Shown here in pieces: positions 39,300 through 54,728 of a stretch of 64,000 nucleotides of DNA. Each line of letters starts with the position of its first letter. Position 1 is the stretch's first letter. Source of the DNA: Salpingoeca rosetta (taxonomy: Eukaryota; Protista; Choanoflagellata). Position numbers and translations under genes: made by a program. Under the pieces are notes generated by a model. That model made no database searches. It worked only from the letters and a program-made list of their open reading frames with translations, and was not told the DNA's origin. Location of the stretch: the NCBI GenBank assembly GCA_033442325.1, contig JAWQFM010000012.1, forward strand, positions 1,634,459 through 1,698,458, given 5' to 3'.

Positions 39300-40336
39300 A
39301 CAAGGTCACACACCGCCTTGCGCGCAGCGGCAGCATTGAAGAGGCGCGGGTTGAAGGTGTCGCGCGTGTTGAGCCCTTCCTCCACCACATGCACATCGCG
39401 AGGAGGGACACCATACTGCTCTACAAAGATGCGCTTGTTCCACTCCGATGGCACCCAGAACTCGTCAATGTCGCTGAAGTTGGGCGGCCAGTCGAACGGC
39501 AACCGCGTGGCCTCGTACATGGCGCGGCTGATCCGATATGTGGACGCGCCGACGCCGTACTCCCTCATCTTCTGCGCAAACAGGGACCCTGGAGGCCACT
39601 GCGACACGTAAATGTGCGGCCGAGGGAGGATGCCTGCCTTGCGCTGGGCGTTGAGCCTGAGCACAACGCGGCGCTCGTGCAGGTCAAGGCCCGAGACAAA
39701 GCTGCCGTCTTCTCGAAAGTCGCTGGCCAGGGTGATGTCTGCGCGCTTGGAGAGCGGCACGAGGAACGACACCGCCTCGCTCGACAAGCCCGTGGTCAGG
39801 CCCCCGGCCAGCGGGGTGTCCCACGCAACAGCGACACGATTGCACGCCGCCCGGACCCGACTGTTTGGCAGTGGTGGCACTGCTGTTGACGCGGAGGAGG
39901 AAGAAGAGGATGGGTCGTGGCGGCGGCGCGGTACGCACTCGTGGCGAACGACAAAGAGAATGGATTGGCTGCGAAGGTCCACCACGCATGCAGTGCCAGG
40001 GGCAGCGGGATGCTGATGCGGCGTGGTTGCCCAGGGCCCATTGTACCAGCGGGGCTGACGTGGGCTGGACGGGTCGTAGCGGAGTGGCAGGTCACCGTGG
40101 GAGGCGATGATGATGAGGACAAAGGAGTGGTAGAACCGGCTGCACAGAAACAAGGTCAGCCACAGAACGAACAGGATCACCAGGATGCGCCGTGGGGATG
40201 CTTGTCGCTGCTCACACGAGCCATCCTTGTGGCCATCTTGACTGGTTGGCAGCACCAGCGATGCCGCCGCTCCTCCCCTCTCTGTGCTGTGTTTTGCCTC
40301 TCCAACCATGATCGCCTCGCGTACTCCAGCATGCAT
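37248..40336 (-). CDS. Type II membrane glycosyltransferase, family GT4 (GT-B fold)
   Basis: N-terminal TM ILVILFVLWLTLFLC, then GLSSEA, RAMYEATRLP, DEFWVPSEWN, FIFLSVFKWEERK, and the EX7E signature ADAFVLASHGEGWGRPVFE/AMA. The start and last exon are approximate. Confidence 0.85.
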
Positions 40337-40605
40337 GCGGCGGAGGCGTGCATGAGACAATCAAATCGCAGCAGTCAGTGAGGGCTGAAGCGCAGTGGTG
40401 GCGCAGGTGAGGACTGCGTCGATTGTCCTGTCTTTGCTGCTGTTGTGTGTGGTCGTTGTTGTTGTTGTTGTTTGGGTTTTTGTGTGCGCTTTTCTCGGCT
40501 TGTGCATCAGCGACGACCACACCCCAATACAACAGCAACCAGACACACACACACACACACACACGCGCACACACACACACACACACGCAGACGCAGGCTG
40601 CCACG

Positions 40606-40708
40606 ATGACGTCGCAGTTTGATGAGTTCCGGAGGATGTTCACCTCCGTGTTTACGCTGGCGGAGGCAAAGGAGTTCAACACCCGCCTCCTGCAGTTCGT
40701 CACAGATC

Positions 40709-40791
<83 letters not shown>

Positions 40792-43310
40792 GTGTGCTCT
40801 GACTGTGGCAGTGAAGCAGGCAAGCTCACGCGTCGCTGCTGCGTGCATGTATGCCATCAGCGGGTCCGGCCCTTCATTCGCTGCCTCCGCGATATGTGCG
40901 ACACCGCAGACAAGGAGAAGCTTGTGCCCGTCATCACCAGCATCCTCCCTCGTGAGTGTACCACATCACATCGTGCATATCATGCGAGCGCTTCTTGGTT
41001 GGCCTCACCTTACTCTTGCCACTATCATCAAGCATGCTTGGCCCCCCTCCCTCCCTGTTCATCGCGCTGCTTCCAACAATACCCAACTCAGTTTTCCTCA
41101 CTGGTATGACTGCACTGTACAACAGACAACATGCAGATGTCTTTCTCAAACGCATGGATGCTCGCCAAGGAAGGCAAGCTGTCCGACGACACGGAGGCGG
41201 TCAGTGCATCAGATCCGTGCACGTTTTGGGGGTCTCTCAGGGGCAACAGTCTCGTGTGCGTGTGCGCATGCATGTGTGCGCACGCGGGTGAATTCGCTTC
41301 ACATCACTCACAGATGCATTGGCCCACTCGCACGCGCGTGCACATGTGCAGCAAGTTGGACTCTCCCCGAAGGACGTGCGATCGAGCTACGACGTGCTGT
41401 ATCTTGGCAGTGGTGGCCTGCCACATGTTCCAGAGCAGCACAATCCCATTGATGTGCAGCTGCTCAACTCCGTGTTGCAGGCGCTCTTGGAGGGCGATGC
41501 CGCCGCACAACCAGCTCGCATGCACATTACATCAGACAGCATCCGGTGCGTGTGCGTGTACGTGTGTTTGTGTGCGTGTGTGTGCGTGCGTGTGTGTGCG
41601 TGTGCGTGTGTGCGTGTGCGTGTGCACTTGTGTGTGGACCGTGCACAGCGTGCAGCTGTACATTCTGGCTTGGCCTGGCTGTTTGATTCTTATGCGTCCT
41701 TGACGCTCACACACGCCCTTTCTCGCTTCTTTCCTCCCCACAACCCTCCTTTCTGCAGCGTTGTGGATGACGCGTGTGACGACGTGCTGAACCAGCTCAC
41801 CCTCGACTACATCGTGTACTGCCATCCAATGGGCCTCGCTGTACGTTGTCAGCTTTGCGCTATTGATGTTGACGGAGAAGACACACCCGTGCCTTTTTTC
41901 AAGCAAGCAATGTTGCGGTGTCCTGACACACTCATCACAAACCAAATGCCTCAACGCAACTCCCACAGCAAAACAGCAATGCCTCACCCCACATCACCAC
42001 GGCACAACTCACACGTCATGACAACACAACCCACACGACACAATGCACCCCCCTCCCAAATTTGTCTTCGCGTACAGACTGGCGGGCAGACGGATGTGCT
42101 GGTTGTGGTGCAGCAGGACCCCATCTACGAGATTGTGGTTGCACACTTCTTCAACATCGCCGCCAGCGATGCTGAGACGGTGGTTGTTGCCGTGCTCGGT
42201 GAGAATGCCGTGCTGGCGCAGGCGCGGCAGGCGTCAGCCAACCCCTTTGTTGCGCAGCACGAGCAAGGGAAGGACCACCAGCACCAACAGCACGACATTC
42301 TCGCAGAGCACGAGGTGAGTGTGCGTGTATGCGTGTGCATGTGTTCATGTTCGTGTGCATGTGCATGTGCATGTGTTCATGTTCATGTGCATGTGCATGT
42401 GCACGTGTGCATGCGTGCATGCGCGGGGTGTGTGGTTGTATTATCTGTGCCGTGTGCACTAACACACCTGCTGCATCAACTCACATGCGAACTTACACCA
42501 CCGCTCTTCCTCCCCCCCCATCAATCATTAGCTCGACCGTGATCGCCTGCACCACACGCGCGGGCTTGGCGCAGGGCAGTTTGGGATGGTGTATCTTGCC
42601 ACGTTTGATGACGACACGCTCGGCACCGTTGACGTCGCTGTGAAGATGCTTCGCGCAGAGAGCGAGCAGAGCGACGAGGTGGGACGTCGTGATGATCAAG
42701 ATTGCGCTTGTTGTGATTGTGGTGGTGGTTGTGATTGTGGTTGTATGTGGGGGTGACAGGAACACGGCTTGTGTTTGTTGCTTGCTGCTGCTGCTCAGCA
42801 ATTCCAAACGCACGGCGCATCTCTCACGCTTCCCCCCACCAAATGCACGCACGTGTGTGTTGTGTTGTTTGTGTTGTGACGTTGCCAGCGCGAATTCCAG
42901 CACGAGGCAGAAGTGATGTTGCAGCTTGACCATCCAAACATTGTCCGTACTTGCACACAACCAGTGTCACGTGCTTTGGCGTGGTTGCGCTTGCATGGCA
43001 TTGGTTCTTTTCTTTCTTCTGTATCCTCCTATGTTGTGTCCTGCCCATACTCTCACTCACCGTATCTCATGCCCTTCACACACGTACGCAAACGCACACG
43101 CAAACGCACACGCAAACGCACACACACACACATGTGCAGGTGCGCATCCTGGGCGTGTGCATGAACGACTCCCCCTGGCTGCTCGTGCTCGAGTACATGC
43201 CATATGGAAACCTTCGAAGCTTCCTCCAGGTACATAGGCACACACACACACACACACACAAACATACGCGCACTTATGTACGCACGTGCACCTACGTGCT
43301 CACCAACGTC

Positions 43311-43349
<39 letters not shown>

Positions 43350-44637
43350 CACTCCACTCCACGGCACGTTTTGCAGAGTTGCTTGGAGAGAAAGCTACAG
43401 TTGACAGCGCGTGAACACCTGACTTGCTGTCGCCAGCTTGCATCTGCACTGGAATACGTCCACGCGCAGGTGCTCACGCAAGCGGTCGAGGATGGATGGT
43501 CAAGATGCTTGTGGTTGACGGTCAATGGGCGTGGCAAGCATGGCTGCATGGTGATTGTTGGGTAAAGGGAGGTTTGTGGTTGTGGTTGTGTGTGTGCTTG
43601 TGGTTGTGTCAAGGTCGGGGACGGATGGTTCACCAAAGGCAGAGAACTCATTTCGTCATCAGCTCACACGCGAACTGTCCATGCATGTGTTATCGCATGT
43701 GCCCACACACGTCACCCGTCCTGTCTGCCTCTTTGACGTGTCAGGGGTTTGTTCACATGGACATTGCTGCGCGAAATGTTCTCCTCGGACACAACATGCT
43801 TGTCAAACTTGCAGACTTTGGACAGGTGCACGCATGTGTGTGTGTGTGTGTGTGTGCGTGTGTGTGTGTGTGTGTGTAGCCGCCTGATGAACTAACATCA
43901 TTCTGGCGGCTTTCTTTTTCTCACTACTTATGTGTTGCAACACACCCTCCCTCCTCTTCCTGCGTTCTCCAGGCGCGACCAAAGGACAGCAACGGCGAGT
44001 TTGTCCTGCAGACGGTGATGCGTTTGTCAGTGCGCTGGATGGCGCCAGAAACACTCGCAAACTTCAGAAAAGTGTTTTCAGAGTGCACAGACATTTGGGC
44101 ATACGCCGTCACGTGCTGGGAGATCTTCATGTAAGTGCAGCACAACAGGGGTGGGTTGTCCATGTGCATGTGCATGTGCATGTGCATGTGCATGTGCATG
44201 TGCATGTGTGTGTGTGCGTGAGTGTGATGCTGTATCATGCCGTTTATGTGTATCGTGGCCAGGTTTCCAACGCACTTCACCCCATGTCCCATTTTGCTTC
44301 TTACACCTCTGCTCATCACCAACATCCCATCACCCATCCTCACCCCCCCCCCCAAAACAAACACATCACCATCATGTGCAGGTACGGCCGCCTGCCGTTC
44401 AAGTCTCTGACGACAGAGGTAGCGCGCGACATGATCCGCGAGGGCAAGGCGCGTCTCGTATCCCGCCCGCCAACCACGTGCCCAAAGGACATGTGGGCGC
44501 TCCTGTCGCAGTGCTGGGACTACGACCCCTTCAAGCGGCCGACGTTCGTGCAGATGAAGGAGGAGATTACAGCACTTGAGCAGCAGCGCCAGCACCAGGA
44601 GTGCCGCGACCTCGGCCAGCTCCTTTCTTCCATGTAG
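40606..44637 (+). CDS. Cytoplasmic tyrosine kinase of HM-motif (HMTK) type with N-terminal harmonin-N-like and PTB domains
   Basis: GAGQFG, VAVKML, the HMDIAARN catalytic loop, [11 protein letters not shown] and [14 protein letters not shown]-like segment YDVLYLGS...MHITSDSIR...IVYC. Helical N-terminal domain. Confidence 0.9.
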
Positions 44638-45242
44638 AGCACACGACTGGGGGCTGTATGTGTGTTTTCGTGTGTTTGTGCATGCGTTTTCGTGTTTGTG
44701 CATGTGGGTGTGTGCATGTGTGTTTTCGTGTATTTTTGCATGTGTGTTTTTGTGTGTTTTACCTGTGTGTTCGTGTCTGTGTCTGTGCATGTGCGCGTGC
44801 GCGTGCGTGTGTGTTTGTGTTTGTACTGTGTTTTGTTCCGTACACCTTTGTGTGCTGTTACATTACAGCTCCGTGTTTGGTGATTGTCTATCCGACCATT
44901 TTCCACGCTGGTTTGTCGTTTCATTCACTCGTAGTCGCATTTTACATGACCTGCTTTGCGTCCCCACGTTGCCCGTGCTTGCATGCATGCACACCCACGC
45001 CATCTCTGCATGAATGGCAACCCGCTTCCCTTGCCCAACTCAAACGAAGAAAGACCCTTCTTGTGCATTACTTTCGTGTTCATTCATGACCACAGAGAGG
45101 TCGCGTATGGTAACGCAAACGTACAGCGCGAATGGCGGACTGCCTTTGATGACAGGCGAAGCAAAGCAGTTCCATTACCATTGTCGCCACCCACCACTAC
45201 CACCACCACCACCACCATTCGTAACCACAGCAGAATGACTCG

Positions 45243-45376
45243 TCACTCCTCCGTTGTCTCGACGCACTCTGTGATGGTCTCCACTTTGCCATCCGTCTCC
45301 ACGACTTTGGTCGTGCACTTGCGGCTGCTCTTGCTGTGCTTCCCATGCGCCTCCGATGCTGCGTACAGACGGCAAT

Positions 45377-45418
<42 letters not shown>

Positions 45419-46616
45419 CACGAGTGAGTGAGATGCGATTCAAAAGGCGCTGAACAAGGGCCAGCCCCAGCACCACGGTCAGTTGTGCTTACGACAACCG
45501 CGGTGTGATTCGTCTCAACATTGTCTCAGCAGCAACAGCAACAGCAACAACAGCAACAGCGACGACGACGACAACAGCGACGACGACGACGACAACAACA
45601 ACAACAACAACAAACAACAACAACAACAACAACAAACAACGACGACGAACATTTCATGGTGGCGAGGTGTTGTTGGAAGACTTTCTCCTCGTCCTCGTCC
45701 ACGTCATCAAAGAGCCCTTCCAGCAGCAGGTCCTCGCGTGGCTGCTCGTACTTGCGCTGCCCGTGGTTGTGGCCGTGGTTGTGGTGCGCGTTTGCTTGCT
45801 GCACGGCCATGGCGTGTGCGCGGTTTGCGTCCTGGTGCTTCTTCATGTGGTCGCGCAGGTGCTGCTTCAGGTGGTCTGCGACGCCCGACGGGTCGATGCC
45901 GGCCTGCTTCACGGCGTTGAGGTGCGTCTCTGCGTGCTCCCGCAGCACGTCGTCGAACTTGCGGAAGAAGGCCTCGTAGTCGAACGGCGGTGGCGGCGGC
46001 GGTGCAGGGCCAGATGGTGGCGGGGCACCGGATGGGCCACGCCGTGTCATGTAATTCGGGTCCACCCCACCGGGACCAATCATGGCATCGTACTGAGCGC
46101 GCAGCGCCTTGTCGTTGAGCGTCTCATAGGCTGAACCACGTCAAGCGAGGATGCACAATGAGATTGCGTGTGTGTACGTGTGTGTGTGTACGTGTGTGCG
46201 AGTGTACGTATGTGCGTGTGTGTGTGTGTGCATTAGCCAGGGGATGATCGCATCCATGCGAGGGCGTTGAAGCACATACGGCTTGTGCAAGTTGAAGGGG
46301 GAGGGGTGCGTGTTTTCCTCAACACACCACAGACACACAGACAGATAGACAGACACACATAACTGGTTTGCGCTCAGCTACACCCACCTGCTGCGATGGT
46401 GATGAACATCTTCTGTTCCTCGGGATCGGGGTTCTTGTCGGGATGGTACTTGAGAGCGAGCTGTCGGAACGCACGCCGCACTGCAGATCGGGCGCAGTCC
46501 CTTGCCAGACCCAGCATTTCGTAGTGGTTCCTTGGATCGCTCGCATCACAGCCCGGGCTCAGACTGCTTGCCACAAGCAGCAGCCCAGCCACAACCACCA
46601 CCAGCAAGCGCATCAT
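45243..46616 (-). CDS. DNAJB9: ER-lumenal J-protein DNAJB9/ERdj4-like, 3 exons
   Basis: Signal peptide, J-domain with YHPDKN, a G/P-rich and His-rich middle, and a C-terminal CTTKVVETDGKVETITEC that resembles the ERdj4 two-Cys tail. Confidence 0.8.
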
Positions 46617-46758
46617 TGTCGTTATGTCGTTTGTGTCGGACGTGGCTGTTCAAGTTGGGAAAAGTGACCAATATCATTCGTGAAACGTCGTGCCTCAAAC
46701 CAAGCAAGCGACAGCAACAAAGCGCGCACCACACACAACCAAAACAAAAGCAGGCATC

Positions 46759-48354
46759 ATGAGCACGGCGAAAGGTGTGTTGTGTTGTGTGTGTTGCGTG
46801 CAGTGTGTTGTGTTGTGTGTGTTGTGCAGTTACGTTACGTTATGTGATTGTTGGCTGTGCTGAACAATCAGCTGCAGCTATGTTGTGATCGAATGTCACA
46901 CCAATACACCACACACCACACACAACACACCACACACCACACACCACACAACAACAACAACACAACAACAACAACAATTCAGGTGCAGCGGACAAGAACA
47001 CACAACAGGGCATCCATGCCACAGGCAAGCGGGTGCCCGAGTCATACGAGCGGGTGTACACGTCAGTGTGCCCGCAGAATGAAAACCGCATCACGCGGCA
47101 CACATTCATGCAGCTCTGCCGATCAACCATGATTGGCAAGGAGGCTGCAGACGCCATCTGGTCCAGCGTCGACCTCAACAAGACAGACGCCATCGACAAA
47201 GGTGTGTGCATGTGTGTCTGTGAGTGAGCGAGTGTGAGTGAGTGAATGAGTGAGCGAGTGGATGAGTGAGTGAGTGAATGAGTGTGTGCACGAGTGGTGC
47301 TGTTGCCATTCACGTGCTGTGTGATGTTTTGATCGCTGCTTAGTTTACACACACACACACACATACACACACAACGTCGCATGCAACCATGCGCAGATGG
47401 TTTGTTTTGGGCCCTGGGGCTGATTGGGATGCAGCAGAGTGGGTTCTCCCCCGACATGGCGACACTGCAGGAGGCGACCGAGCTACCGGCCATCAAGATT
47501 GACAATCTGCACACGCTGCAGCAGACAGCCGAGCGTGACAACATTGCCCCGGAATATTCCTTCCGCGAGCTGGAGGTCAGTGCGCACATGTGTGCGTGCG
47601 TGTGTGTGTGTGTGCGTGCGTGTGTGTGTGTGTGTGTAAGCATGTGTGCGTGTTGTTTTGCGTTGTTTGCTTTGTGTTTCCTTCCGTGCAACACCAGTGC
47701 GTGCGCGTGCGCCTCTGATCGAACCATTGGTGTCAATCGATTGCACTTCAGGAGTCTGAGTTTATTCAAGTCAACCTTGGCAAGGAGGCCGGCATGTTCA
47801 AGAAGCACACCACTTACACCATCTTCTCAAAGGTAAGAACAGCGTCATGCTCACATGCCAAGCGCATACATGTACACTGGCATAGACCATCGCAATCACA
47901 CACATACACGCACGCCCACACACACGCGCGCGCGCGCATACACAACTGAATTAAATCACCTGCCATCAACTCTTGCTCACGTTCACGCGTCCACCACCGC
48001 CCGTGTTGCCATGTGCCAGCGCCGTAACGTGACGTGCACGCGGCGCTACAGCGACTTTGAGCCGCTCGATGCCCTCCTCCGCAAACGCTTTCCATATCGC
48101 ATCATCCCACAGTACGCAACCAATTGCTCTGTGTGCGTACGTACGTGTGTGTGTGCAAGTGTGCGTGTGTGTGCGTGTGCGTGTGCGTGTGTGCATGTGT
48201 GTGTATGTTTGTGGTGCGATACACCAGTTCATGTCATCATCGCCTACTACAGGCTGCCGCCAAAGACGTTTGGTGGAAACAAGAACAAATCTTTCCTGCA
48301 GAAGCGCCGCAAAGCGCTTGAAAGGTGCGCATCGGATCATGTGCATTCATGTAC

Positions 48355-48392
<38 letters not shown>

Positions 48393-49698
48393 GTGTGTGA
48401 TGGTGCGTTTTCACGGCCTCTTATCAGCGCCTGATTACTTCTCTGCGTCTTCACGCATGCGCATTTACATGTACATACGTGTGCGTGTGTGTGCACCAGG
48501 TACCTGACGTTTGTGTGCCGCCATCCCGTGATGCGCGATGACGAAGCGCTCGACGTCTTCTTCACATACGAGGGCGGCGATCTCCAGTCCAGACTCAAAG
48601 GTCTCTTGTTGGGTTGCTTGGTTTGCTTGTGTTGTTTGTTTCGTCCGTCTCGTTTGCTTTTTGCTTGTTCGCTTGGTTTGCTTGGCTTGCTTGGTTTGCT
48701 TGTGTTTTGGACACTTGTGACTGCGATGATGTTGTGCTTCTGACGACCGTTTCACGACCTAACAGCTCCAACCCCTCCCCTCTTTCTCCTCCACCTTCTA
48801 CCATTCTGCCAAAGACATGGGCAAGGTTGCGAAGGACGAGTTCCAGACAAATCCGCTCGCGCTGCACGTGGAACAGCATCTCCCGGACAATATTGCAGCG
48901 GCCATCCAGTCCACACACACGGAGCTCGAGCCCGTCCTCGCAACGTGCGTGCGTGCGTGCGTGCGTGCGTGCATGTGCACCTGCAGTGGTGTCAGTGCTG
49001 ATGCTGTGCGTGGTCTGTGTTGGTGGCACCTGGCATCTGTGTTTCAAGTGCACTCTGCTGTTATTGGTTCCTGTCGTTGACACACACACACGCACACACG
49101 CGCACACACACACACACATGGACACACACACACACACATGGACACACGCACGCACGCATACACGCACACGCACACACGCATGCACATACACGCACGTATG
49201 CAGGATGAAATCGCTGCGAGAGACGGCTGAGAAAGTTGTGGCGACAACGGAGACGCAGGCGCTGCTCTGGACCGCATTCGCCGCCGATATCAAGTCAGAC
49301 ACGAATACATGCGTGCCGCGGCGGTGGTTGGTGGTGGTGGTGGTGGTGCACGCAGAGTGGAGTGCGTATGTTACCTCGCTTCGTACTGCTTTCGTGTGGT
49401 CGTTTTTGGGTGTCATTTTGCAGAGTGTGCTACCCGCTCACTTTGCCCCCCCCCAACCATGTTCCAAACCAACCCCCGTAGAAAGCTCGGCTTATCGCAG
49501 ATGTCGCACGTTGCCGGGCACAACAAGGCGCAGGCCCTGGAGACGGGGCTCAGGTCAGGCAGGCGGGCGGTGCTGTGTGTGTGTGTATGTGTGTATGTGT
49601 GTATGTGTGCGTATGTATGTTATTTGCGGCTACACGTGTGCAGGCTCGTCGATTATCACGCACGTATTCACGCAACGTTCTCTTGTCCGTACCCCAAT

Positions 49699-49787
<89 letters not shown>

Positions 49788-50814
49788 ACCGTCCATCAGG
49801 GACACGTCGAATCTGCTCAAGTCTGTTGTTGACCGCCGTGAGGAGCAGTGCGTGCGGGAGATGGACGGGCTGGTGCACAACTTGCAGAACTTGCACGAGA
49901 TCCTGTCTGCATTTCGCGACCTGCTCACGCGCCGCCTCAAAGGCATTGCCAAGGACGTTGGATCGACCGTCAAGAAACAGGTGGGGCGCTGGATACGGGT
50001 TGGCGTGCATCTGTGTGTGTGTGTTTGTGTGTGTTGAGCACAGGGTTATCCTACATTCATTCACCTGCTTTCCTCCTATTATACACACGCACACACACTC
50101 ACACTCACACTCACACTCACACTCACACTCACACTCACACTCACATGCACGCACACACATACACTGCGTGTGCAGACGCGTGATCGGAGCCGGCTGAGCA
50201 GCAGTTCGGACGGCGCAGAGTCGGCAAAGTTGGAGGCGAAGATCCAGCAGCGCGACTCTGCCCTGCAGTCGCTCGCAGCGGTCAACAACTTCTCCATGTA
50301 CTGCGTCTGGTGCGAGAGCAAGCTCATCAAGGTGTGCCCAACCCTCGTGTGCAATGTGTGTGCAGTGGTGTGTGTGTGTGCAATGTGTGTGCAGCGTGTG
50401 TGTGTAATGTGTGTGCAGTGTGTTAATTTGTTGTGTGTTGAGAGTGTTTGTTTCACATGCTTGTATGTGTGTGTGCGCGCGCTTCTGCGTCGGTGACGCT
50501 CTCTCTATTTCTGTTGTTGATGCAGTTTTTCACTGCTCTGGAGTTGGTTTGGCCATTCGCGCGCGTGCTTGTGCTTGTGACCCGATTGCCTCACCTCCAC
50601 ACCGTGTTTGCGTGCGTGTTGTGCAGGCCAATATTGCGCAGATTGGGACAATGCTGGAGGAGATGGTCACATCGCAGATCACCGGCCACAAGCAGGTGAG
50701 ACGCGTGACTACACCCCCCCCCGGGCAAACTGTGAACATGCGAGGATGTACCTGCACACTGTCGGAGGCCACCACGGCTTGTGGCGTTTGCACGGGCTCA
50801 CATCCACTTGCATC

Positions 50815-50884
<70 letters not shown>

Positions 50885-50988
50885 GGTTGTTGTTGTGGTT
50901 GTTGTTGTTCTGATCGTAGATGGCGTCGGCGTGGACGCCGCTCCTGGACACCGTGACCCGCCTTGTCCAAGACCTGCACTTGGAGTGA
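46759..50988 (+). CDS. SNX8: Sorting nexin 8 / Mvp1 (EH-like N-terminus, PX, BAR)
   Basis: The first exon is ATG AGC ACG GCG AAA G (46759-46774). PX domain: GMFKKHTTY, RRYSDF, RFPYRIIPQLPPK, QKRRKALERYL, HPVMRDD. Also DEF and NNFSMYCVWCE in the BAR region. Stop at 50988. Confidence 0.88.
50815..50910. repeat. (GTT)n microsatellite next to the last SNX8 acceptor
   Basis: ~30 TTG units. Confidence 0.9.
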
Positions 50989-51274
50989 TGGAACACAAGG
51001 CACACACACACACACACACATCTCACACGATAATGTAGGTGCTTTTTCAGGCCTCGTTTTGTTACATGCCATGACGCGCTCGCTGTTTGCCGTGTGTTTC
51101 GCTTCATGGTAGTCGTGCAAGCACCAGAATATATGCCTTGAGCAAAAACAAAGAGGAGGGGAAGGTTTGCGGTACGTACAGGCGAGGTGCGCACAACACA
51201 CAACACACAACACACAACACACAACACACAACACACACAACAACACACACAACAACACACACAACAACAACAAC

Positions 51275-51283
51275 AAAAAAAAA
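51275..51283 (-). terminator. RNA polymerase III oligo-T terminator of tRNA-Tyr
   Basis: T9 run on the minus strand, 5 nt after the tRNA 3' end. Confidence 0.85.
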
Positions 51284-51288
51284 GGAAG

Positions 51289-51378
51289 TCTCACCGACTG
51301 GAATCGAACCAGTGACCGTAGGAATTCTGAGTGTAAACCGTCTACAATCCCACGCTCTGCCAACTGAGCTACGGTGAG
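51289..51378 (-). tRNA. tRNA-Tyr(GTA) with a 17-nt canonical intron (51325-51341)
   Basis: The minus strand reads CTCACCG TA GCTC AGTTGGCA GAGC G TGGGA TTGTAG [ACGGTTTACACTCAGAA] T TCCTA CGGTC ACTGG TTCGATT CCAGT CGGTGAG A. This gives a full cloverleaf with A and B boxes. Confidence 0.95.
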
Positions 51379-51492
51379 AAGCTCGTTACGTATTTTGGTT
51401 TCATTTACTCATTTCTAAGCGACTTGTGCTGTTTTCGTGTGTTGTGTATTTTCGGCTGGCTGCTGCAGAGACAAAAACAACAACGAACGGCG

Positions 51493-53923
<2,431 letters not shown>

Positions 53924-54728
53924 TGTACCAATGTGGAAGGAGCGAGCGTTCGGTGGCAGTGGCAGTGGTGGTGCTTGGCTGCTTTGTCTTGTATGCAAGG
54001 TAGGATGATGGTGGCGACACAATCTTGTGCAAACTACACACACTGCGATGATCAGGTGTTTCCGTGTGACAAGTAAATGTAAAGACAGCATTGGTTGAAA
54101 AGCCAGGTACTCGCTCTATTCTTTGTTTTATGTTGTGTGCTGTGTGGGTGTATGTGGTTTTGGCGGGGTGCTTTGAGCTGCTCGCAGCCACAACAATACA
54201 AGCCGAGTGGTTGGCTGAAGCGTGGGATGGCATTTCTTCAAACTCATTCCACCCATTCCACCCACCCGTCTTTGTCAATAAAGCACACTGCCACATCGCT
54301 CACGATCCCTCGCTGACGTGCATGTGTAGTGCTCAAGTGGAACTGTCTTATTGTCTGAGACCAAAAAAAAAAAAACGGTGTTCGGTCCAACACCGCCACG
54401 CCACCGCAGTGCACCACATTCGCATGCTGTCTCGACAACGAAGCATCCACACAGACCAACACACGCATTTCGCACGTTGTTTCATCGATTCTCAAGTTCA
54501 GACACCACCACCAGTCAAGAAACAAGCGACCAACCCCAGAGTCTAACAAGTCCGAGACGCACAGCCAGCCAGCAACGGTAACCCACGCCAGCACACCGAA
54601 GGAAACGCAAGTGCGCCCCCCACCAGCCCTACCACATGCAGGAGCACCACCAACTTCATCACCACCACTTTCAACACCAGCAACAGTAGCACCAGCAGCA
54701 CCAGCACCAGCACCAGCGTCTGCCACCA

